This document shows positions 28,701 to 36,689 of a DNA stretch of 64,000 bases, piece after piece (position 1 is the first letter of the stretch; every line of letters begins with the position of its first letter). The stretch spans positions 31,124,001-31,188,000 of the forward strand of contig NW_026262712.1 of NCBI RefSeq assembly GCF_021869535.1. The letters run 5' to 3'. Under the pieces are notes generated by a model. That model was not told the DNA's origin. It saw only the letters and a program-made list of their open reading frames with translations, and made no database searches. The position numbers and the translations under genes are program-made. Source of the DNA: Mytilus californianus (taxonomy: Eukaryota).

Positions 28701-29856
28701 TGTGTTACCGTTATTCGTCATTACAACCTTGTCGTAGTACGGCTTACTCTTTATTAAGTTTCCGATCATAATGATTGTCGAAGTTTGTACACATTTTTGT
28801 CTGTTTGTCTATGTTGGAAAGTTATCGTATTGTCAGCTGTACTACATTCCTTATTTCATTATTATCAAAATACTACCAGGCCATAAATGGAAGATCTGAA
28901 TGTTCTTTAGTGTCTTTGACAATCCTTTACAATATCAAGTAATTAAGAAGTAAATCACTCCGCTTGGAACATAGATGAAACTTTATAAAACTATTCAAAT
29001 CCATTGATTGATTCTCTCAATTTGACACGTTTGCTTATGACAGCTTTTGCGACCTCAATTTGGCGTAAGATTAATGGGTGATGTAGAATAAAATTTCATC
29101 GCAGACTTGTTCCGCAGCAGGATATGTAAAATCAACTCGGGTTTTGTCGTGGCGTTATCAGATGATATTCAACGTATGAGTTTTGAAATTTCCTGGTATC
29201 TTTCGCATCTTTGATAATGATAAAAAGTAAAAGAACACAAATACCGAACTCCAATGAAATTCAAATCAGAAAGTCCTAGCTTATCAAATGACAAAATCAA
29301 AAGCTCAAACACATCAAACAAATTGAGAACAGTTGAAAAGCCAAATCAGTTATGAAGTGAAACAGCATTGAAATTCAAAATGAAAAAAAATAATTATTCT
29401 GACGTTTTACTAGAAGTAAATTTTAAGAAAAAAATCTTATGTTATTATTACCAGAAAGGAAAGAAAAAACGGAGTGTTATCATAACCTTATGAGCAAAGC
29501 ATCTATGAGTTTGACTGTCCCTCTGGTATCTTTCGTCCCTCTTTTAGACACATCATTGGTATTTTTATCAGATTGATTTCATTTATGTAAATAACGGGAT
29601 GAAATATTCTACTAGTTTCAGCAATGCAACTGCAACACACATACCATATGATTATAAAGGATTTCCAGCAACAGCAAATAACATACAACAACTTTACTGT
29701 CCGAGGGGTGCTTCACATCTTGGAGATTGTTTCTACGGGGGTTACATAAGTTATAAAGAATCAAAGTTAGCATCTCCATGGCAACCAGGTGCTTGCAGGG
29801 AGGAAGATTCATACTACACGTTAACACGACGAGGAGGTGTTCGATGCAACATATAA
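1618..29856 (+). CDS. Multi-exon gene (15 exons, 873 aa predicted): secreted Ig domain + 6x scavenger receptor cysteine-rich (SRCR) protein, DMBT1-like
   Basis: join(1618..1714,3299..3420,5821..6046,8153..8303,9321..9538,10266..10425,11204..11406,11671..11821,13150..13340,19732..19882,20940..21169,22599..22740,26216..26403,27697..27853,29622..29856) = 2622 nt. All introns are GT..AG, phases 1,0,1,2,1,2,1,2,1,2,1,2,1,2, with no internal stop. Motifs: signal peptide; Ig C..W..L-x-I..DSG-x-x-x-C; six SRCR units of RL..G..EG.VE..W / C-x-x-LG[FY] / C..C..C. Confidence 0.85.
2398..2590 (+). mobile_element. Second pLTR/retrozyme-like repeat with a degenerate hammerhead (about 2511..2555)
   Basis: CTGATGA-GTCT(TTGGT)AGAC-GGA-ACGAGCGT-C. 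An inverted, truncated relative lies at about 62455..62720. Confidence 0.55.
3299..3420 (+). CDS. Exon 2, Ig domain N-half (ITHVNGLKFLSPYISNFAIGEHKRLVLRCQVRTDREPNFE)
   Basis: Acceptor ttatttag|, donor GAG|GTAAGA; B-strand LVLRC. Confidence 0.8.
5821..6046 (+). CDS. Exon 3, Ig domain C-half (WVRIEN...KLVIRNTQASDSGVIKCRVNV...FKVNVG)
   Basis: Acceptor tttcctttag|, donor G|GTGAGT; C-strand Trp, E-strand L-x-I, F-strand DSG-x-x-x-C. Confidence 0.88.
6105..6392 (-). repeat. Interspersed repeat family B
   Basis: Reverse complement match to 39746..40085. Confidence 0.75.
8153..8303 (+). CDS. Exon 4, SRCR1 N-half (IRLESYTQRGEGLLRIRLKNKW...IVCRSLGY)
   Basis: ttttcag| acceptor, CC|GTATGT donor; SRCR N-half pattern. 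Confidence 0.82.
9321..9538 (+). CDS. Exon 5, SRCR1 C-half (YGG...PYCIYGISCFPNVTDIVQC...KCYSPHVLGITCRLEPVK)
   Basis: tttcttccag| acceptor, A|GTATGA donor; SRCR C-half cysteine pattern. Confidence 0.82.
9865..10073. mobile_element. MITE, Tc1/mariner-like (TA target duplication)
   Basis: TA|CTGTGGATTCATT...AATGAATCCACAG|TA, 209 bp, non-coding. Confidence 0.85.
10266..10425 (+). CDS. Exon 6, SRCR2 N-half (PVRLL...EGVVEVFLDGHWGFVN...ALCQTLGF)
   Basis: tttttcag| acceptor, AA|GTAAGT donor; clear SRCR motif. Confidence 0.88.
11204..11406 (+). CDS. Exon 7, SRCR2 C-half (YGGESY...ILRNLSCSENALHFNECNHTVWG...LAIKCWTHSEI)
   Basis: gatttag| acceptor, T|GTAAGT donor; lies in a frame the ORF track does not show. 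Confidence 0.85.
11671..11821 (+). CDS. Exon 8, SRCR3 N-half (VRLAGSNIEHEGRVEILHNNVWGTVNDYW...ANVLCKMLGY)
   Basis: Most canonical SRCR sequence in the gene; CC|GTAAGT donor; not in the ORF track. Confidence 0.92.
12560..12752 (-). mobile_element. Partial inverted copy of the 30437..30828 MITE
   Basis: aatggcttatatctcgaaaacaagcacac..ccttca..cttgttattttgaaacaga.tagcg.acatcc|TTAA is the reverse complement of 30437..30580. Confidence 0.7.
13150..13340 (+). CDS. Exon 9, SRCR3 C-half (YGG...GQGPTWIDFIECPLDANDLQDC...AFIKCRTEPVE)
   Basis: atctgcag| acceptor, G|GTATTT donor; G-x-GP-x-W motif. Confidence 0.9.
13449..13872 (+). repeat. Interspersed repeat family A (two adjacent copies)
   Basis: aaaagtaaaatcacaaaaatactgaactccgaggaaaattcaaaacggaaagtccctaatcaaa... 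Other copies at about 3494, 7284, 15966, 19286(-), 27021(-), 29223, 32679, 49561, 56252. Confidence 0.85.
13905..14560 (-). mobile_element. Penelope-like (Naiad-type) RT fragments and 3' UTR
   Basis: MWILKNSKELLDN..TFDF.TLYTTIPH-like segment at 13985..14150, and an ORF end DLVDKYSVSTSQIIHNG at about 14480..14555 followed by UTR. Confidence 0.65.
15151..15286. repeat. Nested palindrome (long hairpin), probably a transposon terminus
   Basis: aggattaaacacattttttctagaggttattgatg / catcaataacctcttgaaaaaaatgtgtttaatcct, with an inner hairpin 15206..15250. Confidence 0.8.
16135..17460 (+). pseudogene. Highly decayed Penelope-like (Naiad-type) RT plus 3' region
   Basis: Translates with stops as FLDNI*VSFGNKFYR*VVCIPFGLNFAP...AYRYCDNIYSLNNQDFSKY, homologous to the 46-kb RT. 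The 3' part recurs at about 49805..50290. Confidence 0.7.
17581..18900 (-). mobile_element. CR1/L2-type LINE 3' fragment (RT C-terminus, 3' UTR, (GTT)n tail) interrupted by a nested repeat
   Basis: ORF 18220..18750: ICSKISSRL..FY..I..INYCCIVW..LQKRAARLIL..L..LNW..FMYSGPFLWNNLP. Tail AATAAAGTATTGTTGTT... at 17581..17620. Confidence 0.85.
17748..18115 (+). repeat. Interspersed repeat family D nested in the LINE
   Basis: taaaggcaacagtagtataccgctgttcgaaattcataaatcgat... Other copies at about 4575..4772(-) and 18993..19145. Confidence 0.8.
19286..19442 (-). repeat. Interspersed repeat family A
   Basis: Reverse complement of 13449..13570. Confidence 0.8.
19732..19882 (+). CDS. Exon 10, SRCR4 N-half (FRLNG...GILEYFKDGYWGYVC...ASMFCHQLGF)
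   Basis: attgtag| acceptor, AC|GTGAGT donor. Confidence 0.88.
20940..21169 (+). CDS. Exon 11, SRCR4 C-half (KGG...GPTILKYIECPWDSVELDQC...LSCEMHTLDVKLKCNTEPFP)
   Basis: tttttacag| acceptor, G|GTAATG donor. Confidence 0.88.
22599..22740 (+). CDS. Exon 12, SRCR5 N-half (YEIQLFGGNSNNSGQLLVKYENTW...VAVVCRQLGF)
   Basis: ttttttaag| acceptor, AG|GTACAC donor; canonical AVVCRQLGF; not in the ORF track. Confidence 0.88.
22810..23298. mobile_element. MITE flanked by TTAA
   Basis: TTAA|TGAGGGTGATAAAGGG...CCTTTTACCAACCTCA|TTAA; imperfect 16-bp TIRs. Confidence 0.6.
23585..23834. repeat. Intronic minisatellite, 41-bp unit x about 6
   Basis: aaggataccacacaataagacaaattcaatgagttgaaata; units at 23616, 23657, 23698, 23740, 23781. 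Confidence 0.92.
23892..24178 (-). repeat. Interspersed repeat family B
   Basis: Near-identical reverse complement of 39746..40040. Confidence 0.85.
26216..26403 (+). CDS. Exon 13, SRCR5 C-half (HGG...WLKLVCNGQEQNVGQC...AVFIECYDINGP)
   Basis: tattacag| acceptor, G|GTATAA donor; C-x-G-x-E motif. Confidence 0.85.
26505..26835 (+). repeat. Interspersed repeat family B
   Basis: Diverged direct match to 39746..40085. Confidence 0.75.
27021..27268 (-). repeat. Interspersed repeat family A
   Basis: Reverse complement match to family A. Confidence 0.8.
27697..27853 (+). CDS. Exon 14, SRCR6 N-half (LKMTVSLKSDGKVNVHRLGATWQICASAW...GATAVCRMLNN)
   Basis: ttcttttag| acceptor, AG|GTAAAA donor; not in the ORF track. 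Confidence 0.8.
27768..28024 (+). repeat. Tandem duplication (about 125 bp) of the exon 14 3' end, donor and intron start
   Basis: Copy 1 about 27768..27899, copy 2 about 27896..28024; both contain gtaggtgcaa.tgctgtctgtcgtatgctcaat..taggtaaa.t.attagacgtttcagaat.taatgca.tctgggtaatat. Confidence 0.85.
29622..29856 (+). CDS. Exon 15 (terminal), SRCR6 C-half (...QQLYCPRGASHLGDC...GACREED...GGVRCNI*)
   Basis: tttcag| acceptor (an in-frame alternative AG gives 29616); TAA at 29854..29856; no donor after the last Cys. Confidence 0.8.
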
Positions 29857-29879
29857 ACATTCTACATACTTATTCAATG

Positions 29880-29910
<31 letters not shown>

Positions 29911-30333
29911 GTATATACATAAGCATTCGACATAATTATTCAGTGCAACATATGAACATTTGACATACTTTTCCAATGCAACATATTAACATTTGACATA
30001 CTTATTCAATAAAACATACAAACATTTTACATACTTATTCAGTGCAACTTTTAAACATTTGACATCCTTATTCAATTCAGCTTTTAAACATTTAACATAC
30101 TAAATCAATTCACCTTTAAAACATTGACACACTTATTCAATGCAACTTTTATACATTTGATATACTTATTCAGTGCAACTTTTAAACATTTGAAATACTT
30201 ATTCATTATAACTTTAAAGCATTTGACATACTTATTCAATGCAACTTTTAAACATTCGACATGCTTATTCAAAAACATGTCAACATAATTATTCAATTTC
30301 TCATATGAGCAGTTGACATACTTTTTCAATATG
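29845..30333. repeat. Minisatellite, 33-bp unit x about 14, starting in the last codons of the SRCR gene
   Basis: Consensus tgcaac(a/t)t(a/t)taaacatttgacatacttattcaa. Unit 2 contains an (AT)n expansion. Confidence 0.92.
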
Positions 30334-30436
30334 ATTCGTTTTTGGCAAGAGTTTGAACATTGATCCAAAAAACTACTTAAACTATTATATTTCAAATGTG
30401 TTATTTTCATAATCAAAAACTCCTAAGTTGTATTAA

Positions 30437-30828
30437 GGATGTTCGCTACTCTGTTTCAAAATAACAAGCTTTTGAAAAGACTGTTCTAAAATGATAGTGT
30501 ATAAATAAAGGAACTCAAAAAGCAAAAAAATGAAGGGTCGGTGTGCTTGTTTTCGAGATATAAGCCATTGAAAATTTGGCGGGAAATGATTTTCTCCAGA
30601 TTTTTCATACATTTAATATTGTCACCATTTTTCTTTCAAAAACGATGAAAAAATAACAAGAATTTTATAAGATTTTCAAAGATGACATTTTAAACTACTA
30701 TATGTAATCAAAATATGGAAAGAAAAGTAGGGGTTAGTGGGCAAGATTTTTTAAATATCACTACATGGATAAAGCCAGAGGATTCCAAATATCTGGCAAA
30801 AATTCAAAAACAAGAGGAGCGAACATCC
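30437..30828. mobile_element. MITE, Kolobok-like (TTAA TSD, GG..CC termini)
   Basis: TTAA|GGATGTTCGCT...AGCGAACATCC|TTAA, 392 bp. Confidence 0.85.
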
Positions 30829-32678
30829 TTAAGATCGAATTATAAAATTCGTTATCTAAGTAACATGCAACAAAACTGACCCAAAACTTTGAAAGTTATT
30901 CTAATTTTTGAATGCCAGATGATTTAGACAGTTTCAATTTGTGTAACCTCTATCTCTGGTCATACCCCTTACAGATAGTCATAGAAAAGGAATTCGAATG
31001 ATAGTAAACCTGTATTCTATCTATTTGTTGAGCAACATGCTTGTATACCAGAGGATGCATTTTGTTGAGCTCACTTTCAGGATTTGCGAGAATTCTTTAG
31101 CGTAGTAATGATTATACTTATGACTTTTACATTTTGTTATTCATGAACCGATCATGTAAAGTTAGGTGTTTTTTTATTTATCTTTTGGCTGTCAGATTTG
31201 TTCATAAGACAAAACGACGTTACGTTATGACATTGTTGAATATTTCTACAACTGACATGGTTCTGTGACCATTTGCTGCTGCTTATTTTACATGCAAGAA
31301 AATTCGTGTGTCTGCTTCCTCCTGATTGCAATGTTTGAGTGTTTCTGTGTCTTTATGTCTCTTGTGGAGAGTTTCTCGTTGGCAATCATACAACATCTTC
31401 TTATTTTCATATTTGAGTTCTTCAAGAATTATTGACTGACGGCAGACAATCCCTTCTCCTCGAGTGACTATAACACTAAAAGTTGTGTACTACCCCTGCC
31501 ATTGGTTGTGCCTTCATGGACAGGTATTTCATTTTATCAATATTGGAAAAATTGATGCGTTATGTATCTACAATGGTCTACATGATAACAGATTGAGGTT
31601 TTATTCGGAAACGAGTAGGTAAATACAAAAAATATCTTTGAATACTTGAGTACTTACCAAAACAGACATGGTTTACAAATCGGCTCTTTTTACTTAGTGC
31701 AACCTAAACTATGTATTTTCCAAATTAGTAAGTTACTATGTACACAAATTATTCCGTTCTGGCAGTAAAACTTTTTCTTAAGTAGGGTGACTGTTTTGGT
31801 CGTTGTTGGGATATGTCTAAATACATTGTCACGTCTGGATTGTCCCACTGTACGTTGAATAATTTTTTAAACAACTCTAGTTCTTTGAACAACGCCTATT
31901 ATAACATTGAATAGGTGTCATCTATTCCACATACTATAATTTCAAGTTGTAGTTAGACCTCCACATTTTCTTTCCGATCGGAAATACTTTGCCGAACATA
32001 TAACTATTGTATAAATTTAATAGTTCATCTTGCATATGCAAAACATAATTGCCATTTAGTAAGGAACAATCAGTTTATCAATCTATAAAGACCAAAAGTC
32101 ATATTGTATAGTTAGTTAAAAAGTCACCGACATAATTACATCTTAAACCTGTAACTCCAGAAAATCAATGCTATACTAGTACTTTAACTACATTTCTGAT
32201 CATGCAAATCGCATTTTTGTACAGCTTAACAGATTTTGAAAAGATCAAAACTTTCAATTATCATAAAACGAAAAGCTAACGCCAATTCCCCTGTATTGAT
32301 TTCACGAAATGGGTCAAAATCTAAAAGTTCTACAAAAAATTGTATATTTAAAAGTATTAATAATATTTTTAAATATTAAATATTTTTTTAATAATTTTCC
32401 TTCCCACTTACTTTCCTTATAATCTATATGTTATTCAGCACAACTTATTTCAGTTGAAGTCAATTAGAGATTAAATTGCAACTTTTACGTGTCGAAACCT
32501 TTTCATCGAAGGACATCGCTTACAAAAGGAACTAGTTTGTGACCGAAAAAAAAAAATGAATTACTTTACTTTCTACAGAAATATGGTGTAGGTAAAAAAT
32601 ACTTTTCTTATATATTTTATGGGTCAATTTGTCAAAATCTGTCAAAATTGCGGTTTTCGGGTATAATTAAAAGTTTAT

Positions 32679-32915
32679 AAAAAGTAAAATCACAAAAATA
32701 CCGAACGGCGAGGAAAATTCAAAACGGAAAGTCCCTAATCAAATCACACATCAAACGAATGGATAACAACTGTCATATTCCTGTCTTGGTTCAGTCATTA
32801 TCTTATGTAGAAAATGGTGGGTTAAACCTGGTTTTTATCTAGCTAAACCTCTCACTTGTATGACAGTCGCATAAAATTCCATTATATTGAAAGCGATGTG
32901 CGAAGAAAACAAACA
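32679..32915 (+). repeat. Interspersed repeat family A
   Basis: Direct match to 13449..13670. Confidence 0.8.
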
Positions 32916-33050
32916 ACTTTGTTACCTGTTCAAAACTTATCCATGATTTTGATGGAACAGAAAAGTCAAACATTGGACTAATTAAACATTGTAATATATG
33001 AATCTTATTAATGATCTTATTACCTGTTATAGGTCCCTGATATGAATTAA

Positions 33051-33256
33051 GGGGGTAGACCTTGGTTCAGGGAGATAACTCTTTAAATCAGTTATGCGTT
33101 TGTAAAAGTCAAGTTTCATCAATGTATTTTACGCATTTACCTGAAACAGATTGGAAATAATCTATGTAACCTGGAAGCTTAGAATATATTTATGAAAATG
33201 GTTGACACAAACGTACTAATGATTTTAAGATTATCCCTTAACCAAGGTCTACCACC
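33051..33256. mobile_element. MITE, Kolobok-like (TTAA TSD)
   Basis: TTAA|GGGGGTAGACCTTGGTT...AACCAAGGTCTACCACC|TTAA; 17-bp TIR with one mismatch. Confidence 0.85.
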
Positions 33257-36200
33257 TTAAATTCAGCGGAAATTAACCTTACCTCTTTCGAATGAAACAT
33301 CGTTTTACTATAACCTATATTATTAAATCCCGTTTTCAAATTAACAAAACCATCATGCAGGTGAGGAAATGCCTAGTGGTCCACACATGTTCCATGTGCC
33401 GTAGAACTGACTTTTTTGTTGCTTCTACACAGAAAAGATTTTCTCCATTGTAAGACGTATACTCATGCACTAATAGTTGAAAAATATTGTTTGTGTTTTT
33501 TCTTTATGCAAAACATACAATAGCCATCAACAACCGATCGCAATTATATAATTCATAACACGTGTCATTTCTAATATGCGCCATGTGAACAATTGTAAGT
33601 GTATATACTAATCTTCTATTTGTATGGTACTTTTCAACTTTCACAATTATAGCAGGATAAATAATAATAGCCTCACATTGGTTATACATAAAAAGGATAC
33701 CAGTCATCACCAAAAATAACTGCACAGTACAACGGACCACATGCACGTACAACAACTGATTTCTCCATAAATAAAAATGAATGACAAACAAACAAAGTAA
33801 AAACAAAATGACAACTACAGGTCACCGTACAACCTTCAAAAATGAGCAAAACCCATTCCGCATATTAGGCTATAAAACCCGATCTTTACCCCTAAAACCG
33901 TCCAGGTCTTTTCAATAGAAAACCAACTGAAATGATATCCTTACTGTTTCGTGTGATATGACCTTTGTTAGCCAATGTTGGTCGATTTGTGACGGTAAAC
34001 AAAGTAGCACGAAGGAGCCATATTAATCGAGTGACAAATCCGAGAAGATTATAATGCGTACCATGTTGCAATAAACGAAACGAATTATGCGTATTCGATA
34101 CTCTCACTAGCTAAGTTTCGATATAAATGTACTTTGAATACATGATACGATTCTGATTTTATTACAGATAAAACAATCAATCTCAAACTGCTGGCATTAC
34201 AAAAAAAAAAAAAAAAAACAACGTTTGTTATCTCCAGTTCCTTTGTTCTATTGAATATTATTATCTTATAAACGAAATACAACGAATATAATCAGCTGAA
34301 AACATACTTGTTTTAATTGTATGCTATTTTATGAAAGTTTTGCTAATTTAATGATCGAGAATAAAAAATAGAAGGATTGAGATTTCCGTAAACTTTTAAA
34401 ACCCCACCTGAGTTGTATGTGCCTGTTATGGGTCGGAAAATGTCAGCGGTTGTCGTTTGGCATGTCTTATTGCGTCTCGTTATTTGTTGGTAATATCATA
34501 ATTTAGTCCTTCAATTACTGAATCAATTGCTTGTTAACAACATCTCCCTGTATTCATATTCATTAAGTATTTGTATAAAGAACAGCAGCTTAAAAACTAT
34601 TAACCATCTTTCATAAATCATTTTGTTTCAGTGTCGAAGAGAGCAAAAACGATAACAAAACAAAATCAAAATAAAGCTTACAACATCAAGATAAAATCAA
34701 AACAAACAAAAGACAAAGAAAGTAAGGCAAAGAAAAGACTAAATACAACAAAACAAATATTTTGGTGATATGTATAATATTACAAGTCCAATTTGTAGAC
34801 TTGGGCTGTTTTTAGCTTTTTTGCCGAGTTGTTCTCTCTTTGGAACGTTCATTGTTTCCATTACATATTTTATAAAAACAAAAGCTCGTAAATCCAGACA
34901 CTTGAACGTGGTAACTAGAATTCGTATTATTGTAACCACTTTGATCATTCAGTACATTTTCAGTAAAAGTATCTATACAAACTTTTCCTGGAATATGGAC
35001 ATACACAGATTGATAATTTAGTCTTATATGCATGATTTTTTATATTAGTTGTTATTGGCTTTGAACTAGCTGTCAGTAACTGTGAGTACTCTCAGTTCTG
35101 TACTAAGTGTCTTTTTGTTTTTGGGATGTACAAGTACCCGGTCACGTCCACGTGTTATATTATAGGTATTTCTATTTGTATCCATCTGATGATTTAAGCC
35201 TTTTTCAACTGTTATAGTTCGTTCTTATGTTGTACTGTTACACCACTGTCCCAGGTTAGGAGAAGGATTGGGATCCCGCTAACATGTTTAACCCCGCCAC
35301 ATTATGTATGTATGTGCCTGTCCCAAGTCAGGAGCCTGTAATTCAGTGGTTGTCGTTTGTTGCTGTGTTACATATTTGTTTTTCGTTAATTTTTTTGTAC
35401 ATTAATTAGGCCGTTAGTTTTCTCAATTGAATTGTTTTACATTTGTGATTTCGGGGACTTTTATATCTGACTAATGTTGAAGGCCGTACAGTGACCTATA
35501 GCTGTTAATTTCTGTGTCATTTGGTCTGTTATGGAGGGTTGTCTCATTGGCGATCATACACATCTTCTTTTATATATATAAAAATGAACTGAAGTTGAAA
35601 GTTAACCAATACCCGACCAAAGCAATCAAAAACAATAACATCTATTCATATGGAACCGTTTCCGCTGGCTTTATCACATTGCATTTTTCAGCGTACTTCG
35701 AAAGCAAAACCTTTTATTTTAAAAAGGTGCAAAATACTTTTTAAATTATGACCTCGCTTGTATGGTTAAAAACAAATGTACAACATTTACCTGAATATGA
35801 TGGACGTAAGTATACATAAACAAGAATACATCTTTATTCAGTTTTTGGGCATTACAATACAAATCAACAATTGGAAAAACAGACTGGTCAAAAGTCAGCT
35901 GTTGTAAGCATCACATATAGTGAATTGGAAATTCATCGTCTGAATAAAATATCGCCGAGTATAATAAAATTAACAGAAACAACAATATATTTAAATACAA
36001 GTTAGAATCACAAATTACTTAAAACCATACTCATACATTTAATGTTGATCAAAAATATAAGTTTTTATTAGGACAAAGAGCAATTTCACTATTGACTTCT
36101 TAATAAATTTATATTTAACTATTTTTTCTTCCGTGATGTAAGTCTACCATAGAATTTTTATTATCAAACTGCATATGAAGAGGAGCAAGTCGGTTAGCGA

Positions 36201-36689
36201 GTAAGTGTTTCTTGATAATGCTTCTATTGTGATGTTAAGTTAATATCTGGTGCAGTTACAAGTATCTTAAATCATACAAGCATGAAAATACCAATGACAG
36301 TCTAAATGACCAAATGTAACCAAACGAGCTACTATCGTCAGTGATGTTCCTTATGAGTTCTGACAATAACGATAGAATATTTATATGACAATACACAGTG
36401 TAATTGTGTAGCGTTAACCCTTTCGTACGGTATTGTATGATAAATGAAAATGATAAAAATGACCTTCTAGAGACCCGATATTATTGATCCGGATTTGTTC
36501 AGGTAATGATAAATTATCTATCTAAAATATTAAACGTTAAGTATATGTACATACTTGTCTACAAATACTGTAGAAATACACATGCATTAGAATTTTGATA
36601 CATACACGATGCAATAATGGCCTCACGAGGAAAACCTACTCATAAAATCTAATCTAAATCCAAAGGGTCTTTCGACTAAATTAACCGAA

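Noticed and set aside
30105-30416. Minus-strand ORF with 11-aa repeats (LNKYxKCxKVA)
   Set aside because: Antisense reading of the 33-bp minisatellite.
33504-33806. 100-aa minus-strand ORF
   Set aside because: No recognisable domain and no convincing splice context; it begins in a repeat-derived T-rich stretch.
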